From: Felis catus
Taxonomy: Eukaryota
Direction of reading: 5' to 3'
Length of the DNA stretch: 64,000 nt
NCBI RefSeq assembly: GCF_018350175.1
Contig: NC_058368.1
Span: 101,496,001 to 101,560,000, forward strand
In this document: positions 1-12,479 of the stretch, in pieces
Layout: every line of letters begins with the position of its first letter
Numbering within the stretch: the stretch's first letter is position 1
The notes under the pieces: model-generated
What the model saw: only the letters and a program-made list of their open reading frames with translations
What the model was told of the DNA's origin: nothing
The model's database searches: none
Made by a program: the position numbers and the translations under genes

Positions 1-1338
1 GGTATCAGTGTGATGAAGGAAATACCGACTCACTTTACAGTTGAGCCAACTGAGGTTCAGAAGCCTTAAGTGGTTCAAGGAAGGGAAATGGGAGGAAACT
101 GCAAAGCGGTATAGTCCTACTTATAGGAGGAGGAGAATGAGAACCAAACGGAAGTGAGGCTCTAAGTAGGGTATCCTCCCACATCGATTTTAACTTCTGT
201 TGACCCTGCGACCATGTTCAGTCAGATACGGCAACAATAGCACAATAGGAACAGTGGGAGGATGAAGACATGTCAGGAATTTAGCAATACTGGTTGGTGA
301 AGAGGGGGCTGAATTTAAGACCAAGCATGACAGAGACTAAAGAAACAATTAGACACAGATGCTGACCCAAACGAGGTAGTCCTCTGTTTCCTGTCCAAAG
401 GGCGCATGAAGGTCAGACATGACTTAGACAAGCTTTAGTACCAATGTGGTCTTGTCCAGAAGAAGATTATGGTAAACCAGTAAGCCTAGTCAGTGTGTGG
501 TATTTGGAGAAGTTCATTGGTCTGAGAGTAATCCATCCTAGCAGGACCCTGGCCAGAGACGTAGGGTGTAGTCAGAACTGGGATTAGAGAACAATTTTCC
601 ATGTTGGATGGGGTTCTGGGAAAGTCTATAGTTTCAATTAGAAAGGGACACTAAAGGAGGCGATCAGTGCTATGGACTGGGAAAATATTGCAGGGGAAAA
701 CAGAGAGGGAAGGGGCATAGTTACCCAGAGTAGCACTCTGCTTCTTGGGCCAGAGGACTGCATGATTCTCATGGGTGAGGGCTGATGAGACACTCAGTCT
801 TGGTCAGATTTGGCTCATGCAGTGGGATCTTGGAAAATATAGTTGTGGGGAGAAAAAGAATACCAAGGGATGGAAAATGGAGCAGGGGCCAATCATTACA
901 ACCATCTCTAAACCTTAGATTCACATATTACCCAGAGTTCAAGCTGTTCTTAAAACCAATACAAAAAAAAAAAAAAAATCACAGCTTTAGCTAACTCTTC
1001 CATTTATCACAAAACATTCTTCAGATAGCCACAGTTGCTCACAAGCTGCCAAAATTCAGGCCTACTAATGGAAAAACACAAAAATTAAATTGCCTAGCTA
1101 GAGATTTAGCCATTCTTTTTGGCAAGACTCTTTTATACTTTTCATGGTGTTTATAGCGTTTCTCTACATGCAGTTTTCTTTATTGAAGCTCTTTTTCTCA
1201 AGAATGTATTCTTTCCCTCTTTGAAGGTTTAAAATTGTTTGTCTACCAGTTGTCTTCCTTAACAAATGTCCTAACCTTCAATTTCTCTTTTATTTATAGA
1301 TGGCATACTCTCTACGTAGAAAGTATTCCTTTGAGGAT

Positions 1339-1730
1339 TGGTATGCCCTGAATTGTGTCCTCCTCCCCGAAATTCATATGTTGCTGCCCTACCCTCTAAT
1401 ATGATGATATTTAGAGAAGAGGTTTTTTTGGAAATACCTAGGTTTAATTGAGGTCATGAAGGTGGGGGCCTCATGATGGGATTAGTGTCCTTTTAAGAAG
1501 AGCTAGAGAGAGCGCGAGAGAGATCCCGTGCATTGAAGAAAGTCTGTAAGAACATACAGTGAGAAGGCGGCCAGCCATCCGACAGCCAGGAAGAGAGCTT
1601 TCAGCAGAATCTGACCATGTTAGCACCCTGATATCAGTCTTCTGGCCCCCAGAACTGTGAGCAAATAAATTTCCGTTGTTGAAGCCCCCCCAATCTATGA
1701 TATTTTGTTTTGTGAGCCTGAGCTAAAACA
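1339..1730 (+). mobile_element. MaLR solo LTR (MLT1A/B-like)
   Basis: TG..ctgaattgtgtcc..aaattcatatgttg start, gatgggattagtgtcctt middle, cagaactgtgag.aaataaatttc.gttgtt.aagcc..ctaaaaCA end. Confidence 0.85.
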
Positions 1731-2254
1731 AGGAGTCTTAACAACGTGATTTTTATTACACATTACTTAAGATTATTATTATAAAACACAACAAAACCTT
1801 TCAGAGAAGTTTTGTGATTCTGTACCTGGTTGTCGTCTGTGACTGGCTTTCTCCCAGCATCTTTCCTTGCCCTCCCCTTGCCTGCAGGCTTGACTGGGAA
1901 AAGGTTATTTTCCTGGTCTTAGTAGAATACGTTGCTGTGCTCCCGGGCTCTGACTGTTATGACAACGTCTCATTTTGCATCCCTCTTGTTTCTACTTGAG
2001 CATTTACTTTTTCTTGATTACATCTCTCTTCCAGGTAGTTTACCTTAACGATAAAAATGAAAAGGAAAGACATAGTTTGGCAATTTCTCAAGTCCTAGCC
2101 TCTGTCAGTCAGCAAATCACCATTCTAGGTTTACCATTACAGTTAAATACAATATTTGCAAGAAGACAATGAAGGCTTCTTGTTTTCATTTTCAAAAGTT
2201 TTCGTAAATATCTTAATCTCATGATTTTATATTTAAATATATTTACTTATTACA

Positions 2255-2375
2255 TCATCTTGGGCAAGCTAATTAACCTGAGACCATCATTCCTCACTCC
2301 TAACAGGAAAAAATAATAACAGCTGCTATATTACTTGACAGGGTTGTTGTCAGAATCAGACAGAATGATTACAAG
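2255..2375 (+). mobile_element. MIR fragment
   Basis: cttgggcaagctaattaacct..ataataac..cagggttgttgtcagaat resembles the MIR core. Confidence 0.6.
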
Positions 2376-3633
2376 GAGTTTGTACAAATGTCTCCTGTTC
2401 CATTGTTAGCTGGGAAATATCTGCCTGTATTTAACTCAGCCACATTGGCCACACAGTTGATACACTGCACCAGACTAGAGGGCTAGGTTCATCTCTGGTG
2501 CTCTTTTGTATTTGGGGGTTATTTCTTGATGAATTTCTGCAAAACAAGTTTGGCTGAGGAGGGCAGTTTAATAGTATGAACAAGGTGTGTAGGATGGAAA
2601 TGATTATGGTACAAATCTCTACGCTAATGCTCTCATAATCCTCAACGGTGTGCTAGGACCTTGGAATTATCAAGTTTCTCTTTCGACAAAATGCTTTCTT
2701 TCCAGGTCCTGCAAACGCGTTGCCTGAGAGAATGTAGGTATATTTTGCGGAGAGTAAAGCTGGCCACTTCCAAGGCTTCAAGTGGAAGCAAGAAGGAAAT
2801 GGAATTGTTTTCCTGCTTAAAACTCTCATTGAAGACCTTATTTCGACACTCTCCATGGGTGTGTGTGTGTGTCAGCGGGGCTACTAGGTATGCACAGGTG
2901 TGAGAAGGGGAGAAAGAGAAGAATCAGAACATGGAAGGGAGACACTGGAACATTCTCACTGTCTCAGACGTGAAATTAAAGGCCCCCAGAAAATTTCACT
3001 TTCTTTTTCTCCTTTCCTCAAACATCCACTTGATAAATCCCCCTTTCTTCCCCCTAAGAAATTCCTAAGAAATCTATGGGTAAAACTTCTGTTGGCTCTT
3101 TTATCCTGTTTTTCACAGTAATCTTTATGGTTGTTACATGTCTAAACAGTGGACCAAATATTTACTTGTATCAACAGAGGTACACATTCAAAAGAATAAA
3201 GTTCTGGGGAAAAAATGTGACACTGCTTTGGAAACATGTAAAATATTAATAGAACATAAGTATCTGAAGAGTGGCAATGCTAGGGAACATAAAAATTAAT
3301 TGTCGTTGATGTATCATACAGCAGATGAAAAACTGTGATGTCTGTTTATGTTGAGACATTATGCTGCAAAACAAAGTTTTGGTAGAGATACCTGTGGTTT
3401 TTTCTGTCATTAACATAAGCTATTTTCACACTAGCAAAATTTTGTTACAATAGATGAGATATGGCCATCTCATCGGCTTCCTACCTAGGTTACTTGCCAA
3501 TTTTAATCTATAGCAACTTCTAAGCCTAACTGCAACAAAAAAGTCTTTACTGAAGGGTTAAAAAATGTAAATCCTTATTCCTATTCACATCTAGACATGT
3601 GATTTGATCATATATTTATATACCTGTATTTCC

Positions 3634-3834
3634 TTTTTAAAAAAATATTTATTTTTGGGAGAGTGCAAGTGGGGGAGGGGTAGGGAGAGGGGGACAGAGG
3701 ATCCAAAGCCAGCTCTGAGCCGAGGCCAGCAAGCCAGATGTGGGGTTTGGACTCACAAACCACGAGATCATGACACTGAGCTGAAATCGGAGCTGAAGTT
3801 AGATGCTCAACCCACTGATCCACCCAGGTGCCCC
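3634..3834 (-). mobile_element. Carnivore tRNA-SINE (SINEC, older copy)
   Basis: T-rich tail, GA-rich tract, ends ccacccaggtgcccc (reverse of the GGGGCACCTGGGTGG head). Confidence 0.9.
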
Positions 3835-3852
3835 CATATACATGTGTTTCTT

Positions 3853-4072
3853 TTCCTTTTTTTTTTTTTTTTTTTTTTTTTTAGCGTTTATTATTGAGAG
3901 ACAGAGCATGAACATGGGAGGGGCACAGATAGGAGGAGACACAGAATCTGAAGCAGGCTCCAGGCTCTGAGCTGTCAGCACAGAGCCTGATACGGGGCTC
4001 AAACCCACGGACTGTGAGATCATGACCCTAGCCGAAGTCCACACCCAACCGACTGAGCCACCCAGGCGCCCC
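3853..4072 (-). mobile_element. SINEC_Fc-type SINE
   Basis: Long poly(T), full body; TSD catatacatgtgtttctt on both sides. Confidence 0.95.
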
Positions 4073-4631
4073 CATATACATGTGTTTCTTAAGCATTTCT
4101 TGGAACTTTGAGGGGTGGGTAGGAGGTATTCTTGATCTAAACTGAGCTTTTTGAGGCAGAGTAGAAAACGGTTTGTTAGTGGCCGATTACAATGCTTGGA
4201 GTTCCCTGTATTGCAGACATTTTTTTTCCCCCTTTATTTGAGATAGGGTTAGGTTAACTTTGTTTCCTGTCTGGTATTGGACCCTGGCAAAGATCAGAAA
4301 CCTTGGGATATTCAATCTGATGAGGCAAATTATTCTCAAGTCTGATCACGCAAAAATCTTAGTTGCTTCTGAGTCTCTAATAAAATGATGGTGGTCTGGT
4401 AAACACAGAAGCAGGGCTCTTATCAGTACCAAGTGATAGACAGTTCTTCACCTCCAGTTTAGGAAAGAGTGTGAGGAGAGTGGTAATAAATCAATAAAAA
4501 TCGATTGTAACAGAAAACAGAAACAGCCTCTTTCCGTATAATTACGCCTGTGAAGTTTACACATTAACCTTACCATCAGGTAGGGAGGGTATCATCAGGT
4601 AAGGTAGGGAGGGAGAATATTTTCATTATTT

Positions 4632-4853
4632 AAAAAAAAAATTTTTTTTTCAACGTTTATTTATTTTTGGGACAGAGAGAGACAGAGTATGAACAGGGGA
4701 GGGGCAGACAGAGAGGGAGACACAGAATCGGAAACAGGCTCCAGGCTCTGAGCCATCAGCGCAGAGCCCGACGCGGGGCTCGAACTCCCGGACCGCGAGA
4801 TCGTGACCTGGCTGAAGTCGGATGCTTAACCGACTGCGCCACCCAGGCGCCCC
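4632..4853 (-). mobile_element. Young SINEC_Fc-type SINE
   Basis: CpG-rich full body; TSD aatattttcatta at 4616 and 4854. Confidence 0.95.
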
Positions 4854-5191
4854 AATATTTTCATTACTTTAAAGCGCATTGGTTTCACTGGAGACTTTTA
4901 AGTTTTTCCTGAGAGTGTGAGACAGAGACTCAAGCGTCATGACACAGAGCGCATCAAAACATAAAACTGATACATGAATTTTTAAACAGCGCCCAGGCTA
5001 TGAGTTTTCTTCATGCACACCTTAATGCTTGTCTTTTGAAAGAACTTGAAACGTAAGTAGTATTAGGTAATCGCTAACAATTAAAAAGCTGTATTTTCAG
5101 AGTCCTCTGCAAATGCCTTCACGGCGAATCCATTTCCGTAGCGGTCTTTCAAAGTGGCATTATCTTCATCCCACTTAACCAGCTGTAAGAG

Positions 5192-5196
<5 letters not shown>

Positions 5197-5262
<66 letters not shown>
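5197..5262. repeat. (GA)33 microsatellite
   Basis: Uninterrupted GA dinucleotide run. Confidence 0.97.
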
Positions 5263-5265
<3 letters not shown>

Positions 5266-5905
5266 GCATCTTCTGCGTTTTCCGTGTGGGCAGATTGGAC
5301 TGGGAAGTGGAGTTAGAAAACACCGGTTCCAGTCTGTGTTCCAGTCTGTGTTCGACAACTCGACGACCTGAGGGATGTTTGGCCTCCCGAAACTTCAGGA
5401 GGTTCCCTTGAGACACTGAGATGCTAATGATCACGTTATACACGACCTGAGCCCACCAACGGAGTTCTCTACAGGCAGCAGCTGGGATGCAAACGTGAGC
5501 CACAATTCCCATCTCCAAGCAGCCGCATCCCTGCTACAGCACTGGGGTGATAACAAAGTGTATGTTGGGGGGGGGATGTCAACCCAGTGAGGTCACTCCT
5601 TTAGGCCAGGGCCCCCAAATTCTGCACCTGGAGGGCTGTGCCCCGCAAAGCCTCGCCAATCCGACTGGGCACAATGGCGCCCTTAGGCTCTTTGCTCACC
5701 CAAGCCGCGGAATTTTTAGCAGCTCTCCTTAATCACGGGAGCCTTTTTCTCCCAGTTCTCCCCAGAGACCTCGTCAAGCCTCTCTTCCCCTGGCCTCGCC
5801 CAGGGAAACGTACCCGTATCCACTATTACTCCACATTCCCCCTCACGCACCGCTCGTGCGGAGGTGGGGGAATGGAGGAGTGGCTTGGCTTTTATACGCC
5901 TTGCC

Positions 5906-5951
5906 AGCCAATGAACGTACCGCCGTTCTTCCGGCCGGCGAGCCGGCCAAT
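5906..5951 (+). promoter_or_regulatory. Tandem CCAAT boxes (NF-Y-type)
   Basis: AGCCAATGA (CCAAT 5908-5912) and GGCCAATCC (CCAAT 5947-5951), ~120-160 bp upstream of the inferred TSS; a third GCCAATCCGA at 5655-5664. Confidence 0.7.
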
Positions 5952-6066
5952 CCGAACAGGCCGGTGTAATCTTCGGCTCTACTCGGCTCTTTTCGCTGAT
6001 GCGGGAGCTTGGGGGCCACCGCCGCTAGAGAGACGCTTTCCTTTTTTTATTTTTTTTCCATGTGTT

Positions 6067-6075
6067 CACTTCCGG
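6067..6075 (-). promoter_or_regulatory. ETS/GABP motif at the probable TSS
   Basis: CACTTCCGG = reverse complement of CCGGAAGTG, typical of TATA-less housekeeping promoters. Confidence 0.7.
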
Positions 6076-6451
6076 GTCCGGCGCCGATCCGGATGCCCGA
6101 GGCAGAAGGATGTTTGACCTCCGGATAAGCGAGGCGCCGCTGTGCATTCATTCCCGGCTGCATCGGTGGCGACAGCAGCGACCCGGGCGGCGACTCTCCG
6201 GCCAGAGGCGGCGGTAGGAGGCACCGGCAGTAGTGCGGGGACCGAGTCCGAGCCGAGCTGCGTTCCCTCCCTCGCTCGTTCCTTCCCCCCCTACCTCACT
6301 CGCTCCCTCCCTGCGTGGCTCGCTTTCCTCCTCCGGTCGCCGGCGGGTGTGATGTGCCGCCGCCGCTGCCCCCGCCGCCGCTGACTGACGGAGCAGGGGG
6401 CGCCGCCCGCGCCCGGGACCGACCCCGCGAGCTCGCGGCCGCGCCTCTGAG
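6067..6451 (+). other. CSNK1G3: CSNK1G3 exon 1, non-coding 5'UTR (start approximate)
   Basis: Inside the CpG island; ends at donor GAG|GTAAAG (GT 6452-6453) followed by a G-rich intron start; TSS is inferred, not observed. Confidence 0.75.
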
Positions 6452-8239
6452 GTAAAGCCCCCTCCGCGGTGGCGCGCGGCCGGCCGGCCCCGGCCCGGCG
6501 GCAGCCTCGGCGCGGCCGCGGCTCCCTCCTTCCCGGGTGGGGCTGGGTGGGCTGGGGTCCCGGGCCGGGAGGGCTGGGGGTGCGGCGGGGGCGGCGCCGC
6601 GGGCGGGGGCCGCGGAGCAGGGGTGGGCGAGGATCCCGGCGGGCGGAGGGTGGGCGGGAGGGGCCGCGGCCGGGGGTGAGGGCGCGGAGGGCTGGGCGCG
6701 CGGGGAGGGGGCCGCGGGCGGCGGGCCGGGCGGGTGCAGAAGTTGCCGAGCGGTGCGGCGCGAGTGGGGACGCGGGGGAGGTGGGCGAGCCGGGAGGAGG
6801 CGGGGGCTTCCTCGGGGAGGGGTTTTGAGGTCGCGAGCGCAGCCCCAGCGCTCCCGATTGTGTCCAAGACAATTACCTTCGGAGTGGGGGGTTCGGGAGG
6901 GCGGCCGGGCGGGAGGCATCGGGCTGCTGGAAGGAGGTGTCAGGGGCCAGCATTCATTCCAGGGGTAAACTTCCCGCTGGCGTGTTTGTTGGGGGCTGGG
7001 GGGGGGGGGGTCTGGGGTTTACCTATTTCATAGAGCTTTCGACTTAGCTCAAAACTTAACCGAGGCATATGTGGGGGGTAACAATTTCTCTGCTGGCTGC
7101 TGTTACCGTGCTGGTTTGTTTGTTTATCCCACATGCAGGGGAAGTGACACACGGAAGCGTCCACAGCTCCCACATTTCTTTTCTGGGCGGGGGGGGGGGG
7201 GTGGTGGTGGTGATGGAGATGTGTGTGTGCTCGTGGGGTGAGGGCAGTTAGGCCTGTGTTAGGATCCTTCCAGTTCCCCCAGGGAAGGAGGAAAAGTTAA
7301 TGGGTGGGAGAGAGCCAGGGAGAGTCTGCGTGGGAGATGGCTACTGTTGCTACACTGTGCGAATTAGTTGTAACTGTTGTAATGAGGACCCAGGCTGGCC
7401 AGTAAGTGACCCCTTTTTAACCTTTTGTTTTAGAACGTCGACTTTAATTGGAAAAGTAGAAACCTACTGATTTTTAGTAAGTGAAGAAAATAAGTCAGTA
7501 TTTATTTCCTGTGCAGTTGCTTCTTGTGAATGACATTTGCCCCCACAGAGATGTTGAGTTCCATCTAAGGAATACTTAGGATACTTTTTAAAATGGAAAA
7601 TATCTACTTTTTAAAGCCTTGTATGTATTTGTGAGGAATATTTGCTTTCCCTGTAAATAGAGAGTGGAAGAAAACGCACATTGTAAGAATAAGGCAGGAT
7701 TAGAAAGATTATGAGGCCCGTTTAAGAAAACGTTTTCCACCAAAAATCAGTTACAGTTTGTGACATTCTTAACTTTTTTTGGGGGGGTGGGGTGGAGAGA
7801 TGTGCTTAGTGTATTTCATAACTATTCCCAAACTTTGATCCAACCGTGTTCTGTATTTTGTATATATTAGCTTTTATAGTTGTACATAAAGTGAAAATTG
7901 TATTTATGGGCATTGAAAGAAAGATACCAAATAAACTGCATTGGCATAGATTCTCTGAAGTGTACAGACTCATTTGCTTAGAGGGAGCTTGCATTTCTGG
8001 AAATGCATCAGGTATTAGTTTTTATTAGAATGGGGACAGAAAGGTTAATTTTAATGTTGATATATATATGAGACATTTGAGGGGAGGGGATCTTAGAAAA
8101 TGATCATCTTCAGGGATGATTTATTGTGCTCTTTGCCCTCCTCTGCTATTCATCAATGCAAAAATTAATGTATTATGTAATTATTGACATTTTCATTGTT
8201 AGATTTCCAAGCGGTAACCATTAACAAAATCTTCAACAC

Positions 8240-8475
8240 AGGCTGTTCATTTATTCCTTCAACTGAAATGCCTGGGATTAAAATCAAGGAATAGTGTAGT
8301 TCAACCTGGACCTTAACCATGTACAAAGGACCTTTACTCTGTGGTTAGAATGGAAGAGTGGGTAGACTATGAAGATGAGTCAGACCCTGGAGCTGTCTTA
8401 AAGGGAGACTTGGACATGCAGAGATAATTGCAACACAGGACACCTGTGGGATTTATTAGAGGTGCATGGAAGCAT

Positions 8476-8511
<36 letters not shown>

Positions 8512-8780
8512 AGACAAAGAGATACTAATTTTTGAGTGAGGAATTATGAATGACTTGAGAGCTGCTAACACTCCATTTGGGCATTAAAATATGTTAAGGG
8601 ACAAAACGGGGGCTTCGTGTATGTGTGTGTGGTTGGGTATTACAGGGCCTGTTGGTCTGGACATGAGGCTCCTGTGCCACGAGGTCTGTGTGGGAGAGGA
8701 AGCTGTGAAAATAGGTGGATATCAGGCCATGGAAGTCCAGAATGCCTTGTATTTAAAAATGAGTCAGTTTGAGATGTAAA
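8240..8780 (-). mobile_element. L2 fragment (degenerate), containing a (GT)n at 8477-8508
   Basis: ttcatttattccttcaac start followed by a purine-rich L2-like tract. Confidence 0.45.
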
Positions 8781-9229
8781 GGTCCAAATGTACAGATTTT
8801 ATGCTTAGAGGAAGTAGGTCGGCAAATAAGGAGGGTAAGTTGAAGGAAACAAACTATAACAGAATAATCAAGTTGTTACCATTCCTGCTGATGGGAGGAA
8901 AGCAGAAAAGTATGTAATCTAAAACACTTCATACCTGGCTTTGTCCTGTTTCTTTACTTGAACTTGAATATGGGTGTGTCTGGTAATCTGGTAATTGGTT
9001 TTATATGAAATGAATCCAGGCTGTGAAAAATGTGCCTTTGGAAGAAATGGGAAGCTCTCTGTTTATTTCTCTATCCCCTCTGTAATCCCCTGCATACTGG
9101 CAATAGACTATTATTCTAGTGTAGTTTATAGATTCAGAGATTTTCAGAATGGAACAAGTGGTTGTTTAAATTTCAGAGGGTTTCCCAAAAGGATGTATCA
9201 GACTATAGAGGGAATGCTGAAGTATTAAA

Positions 9230-9454
9230 TTTTTTAAGTGTTTATTTTTGAGAGAGAGGGAGAGAGAAAGAGGGAGAGAGAGCGCAAGAGTGAGTGTGGG
9301 AGGGCAGAGAGAGAGGGAGAGACAGAATCCAAAGCAGGCTCCAGGCTCTGAGCTGTCAGCCCAAAGCCCATCGCTGGACTCGAACCCGTGAACCATGAGA
9401 TCATGACCTGAGCTGAAGTCGGGCGCCTGACTGATTGAGCCACCCAGGTACCCC
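9230..9454 (-). mobile_element. SINEC_Fc-type SINE
   Basis: Full body; TSD ggaatgctgaa. Confidence 0.93.
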
Positions 9455-9920
9455 TTGGGAATGCTGAAATATCAAACAACAAAGCAAAACACAGGTCATT
9501 GGAGAGTTAGATTATTGTTAATACATTCGTAGTGAGATTCATTACGAGTAAACTGAAATGTAAGGAATCTGTGTACAAAGAGAATTGACCATAACAGTGG
9601 AATGATAAAATGGGAAATGTCCACAGTTCTGGGTAATATGTATAAGGTTTTTAGTTATCTGAAATATTAAATGGCCCTAAAATAATGTGTTTTCTCGAGT
9701 GGTTGGTGCTTAGTGGTATTGATTGGTGTTGTTAGTGTATTTCTGGGTGTCACTTCTTCAAAATGTAACTTCTTTTTTGGAAATGGCAGTTTTTGAGGTG
9801 TCTGTAGTTCTCTAATTATAGAGATTCTATAGGAACAGACAGAATGGTTCTGCCGACAAAAGCTACTTCAGAGTATACTTTAGTGACAGTCTCTAGGACA
9901 GAACTGTATTTGGGATTATT

Positions 9921-10142
9921 TTTTTTATTATTTTTTTTTCAACGTTTATTTATTTTGGGGACAGAGAGAGACAGAGCATGAACGGGGGAGGGGCAGAAAG
10001 AGAGGGAGACACAGAATCGGAAACAGGCTCCAGGCTCTGAGCCATCAGCCCAGAGCCCGACGCGGGGCTCGAACTCACGGACCGCGAGATCGTGACCTGG
10101 CTGAAGTCGGACGCTTAACCGACTGCGCCACCCAGGCGCCCC
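9921..10142 (-). mobile_element. Young SINEC_Fc-type SINE
   Basis: CpG-intact body; TSD ctgtatttgggattatt. Confidence 0.96.
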
Positions 10143-10889
10143 TGTATTTGGGATTATTAATGTGTAGAATCAAGTGTGTATTATCCATTAATGTGAAGTG
10201 AGTTTGGAAAGGCTCTGTATTACTCAGAAAATAAGGAATGAGAGAGAGATGTGAGGACAGATAAGTTTTGCAGACACTTTGGAGCCTGCTATTAGGCATG
10301 TTTTTTCTAGCTCCTTGCTCAAAGCTGGGATTTAGAAACCATAAATGTTTGGGTTTCCTCCTATAAGGGGAGCTCAAGAAGGTGTGTGGTGATTTGTCCT
10401 TAAACTATAGTAAGTGACTGGTTATATTCTCTCCTGCCAGTCCCTGCCCATCTTTTTTTTAATGAGAAAAGAATTCTTGACAATGATCTTGAAGTGGGTG
10501 TGTATTTGGTAGAAAAGACACACACTTTGGTCATTTCCTTTACTAATGATAGATGTATCATACAGTTATAACTTAATTTCGTGGAAATCCATAGCTAAGT
10601 CATGTCCACATATGCCTAAATCACATCCACATTTGTTTTTACAGCTTTCCCTGGAATTAAGTAAAATCTCAGAATAGCCTTTTTCTTAAGATACAGATGA
10701 GTTGTTAGAAGGTTGATTGGTGGCTAGAATAGGCAGAGACTCTTGGGAACAGCCTACTATTGCAGGAGACTCTCTTAACCCTACCTGTTCAAACCCACTC
10801 AGAAGAATTAATTCATTTACTGCTTGATGCCCATGCTACATCGAATGGCAGTAGACTAGGCTCTAGTGTTTTTTGTTAATATTAAAAAC

Positions 10890-11580
10890 ATTTTTCTTAA
10901 TGTTTATTGTTGAAAGAGAGAGAGAAGGGCAGGGTGTGAGTGGGGGAGGGGTGGAGAGAGGGAGACATAGAATTTGAAACAGGTTCCAGGCTCTGAGCGG
11001 TGAGCACAGAGCTGGATGCGGGGCTCGAACTCATGAACTGTGAGATCCTGACCTGAGCTGAAGTCGGCCGCTTAACCAACTGAGCCACCCAGGTGCCCCT
11101 TTTTTAATATGTTTTTAATGTTTTATTATTTTGACAGAGAGAGGGTGTGAGTGCAAGAAGGGGAGGACGAGAGAGAGAGAGACAGAGAGAGAAAATATGA
11201 ATCCCAAGCAGGCTCCATGCTGTCAGTGCAGAGGCCTGATGCAGGGCTTGATCCCATGAACCATGAGATCATGACCTGAGCCAGACCAAGAGCCGAATGC
11301 TCTACCAACTGAGCCACCCAGGCGCCCCTCTTTAGTTTGCTTATGAACTTTGCTTCCTTTCCTTTTTTTTAAAAAAAATTTTAATGTTTATTTTTTGAGA
11401 GAGACAGACAGAGTGCATGCGTTGGAGGGGCAGAGAATGAAGGAGACACATAATTCAAAACAGGCTCTAGGCTCCTTGCTGTTAGCACAGAGTCCGACAC
11501 AGGGCATGAACCCACGAACCATGAGATCATGACCTGAGCCAAAGTTGGATGCTTAACTGACTAAGCCACCCAGGCACCCC
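10890..11580 (-). mobile_element. Three tandem SINEC copies (~10890-11099, 11110-11328, 11362-11580)
   Basis: Three successive T-tail / GA-tract / ..gccacccagg.gcccc units in the same orientation. Confidence 0.93.
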
Positions 11581-12479
11581 TGTTTTTGAACTTTTAATCC
11601 CACTAGTTATTTTATACTTACCAAGAATTATTTGTGTTTGCACCCAACAAGTTGTTGATGGCAGTTTTACTTGATGTCTTAATTACGTAGTTTGATGAAA
11701 CATTGTTCAGTGAACTTTGGAGGCAAAAGTTATAGGAGAATGTAGGTGTGGATAAGAACTTTTTAAACAATTAGGGGAAAAACCCTAAAAATCTCAAAAA
11801 AAATTCTATAACAAGATTGCTTTTAAGCTTTGTGAGATGTCTTTCTATGTTTATGAAACAGAAACTGGAAATCACAGGTGATTTATGGTAGGTGTGGTTT
11901 TCTCAAGAAAGACAAAATAGAACTGCAGTCTGTACATCCATCCATACTTGAAGGAAAGGCCTTGGCCTTACATTAAAAGATTGTCTTGGGAATGTACATT
12001 TTTATATTTTATTTGCCATAAAATGTTTAAGATGTAGATTTTTTATGATCCCCTTTTTAACTTAGGAGCTCTTGGTTAATATATTAAGGAGGGTATCTGC
12101 TTCTATTATATCATCTAGCTTATGCTCTCTCTTAGAGATTGATGTAATAGCATCCTCTTATAAAAAAGAAAGAAATTCTCGTATTCCTGGCTGTATTCAT
12201 TCAGACCTCAGGGTAAATTGTTTAATAATGTAGTCAGGTGATCAAGCTGCAGTTCTCTCATATTTCCCTATATGGTCCCTGATCTGATTTTGTATTCTTG
12301 CTTTCAGTTTTTATGTAGAGAGGAGCCTTCTTAGAATCCCAACATCTGCTCAGCCTGTGTAGGGACTGCTGGAGTGAATTGGTAGAGGAAGTTGTCCCTT
12401 GGAAGAGGAAATGCCATACCCTTGAGGTGTAGCAGGAGCCCTTGAGCTTGGTACAAAGCATGCTGGCTGGCCTAGCAGC

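Larger units (their letters stand above)
5600..6960. promoter_or_regulatory. CpG island / CSNK1G3 promoter region
   Basis: Abrupt rise in GC and CpG density against an AT-rich, CpG-poor background; spans exon 1 and the start of intron 1; no TATA box apparent; boundaries estimated by eye. Confidence 0.93.

Noticed and set aside
1..900. Purine-rich stretch as a possible exon or named repeat
   Set aside because: No convincing splice sites, ORF or family hallmark that I can support; left unannotated
5638..7033. Long overlapping Pro/Arg/Gly/Ala-rich ORFs (up to 239 aa) on both strands
   Set aside because: Expected from stop-codon scarcity in a CpG island; low complexity and no recognisable domain
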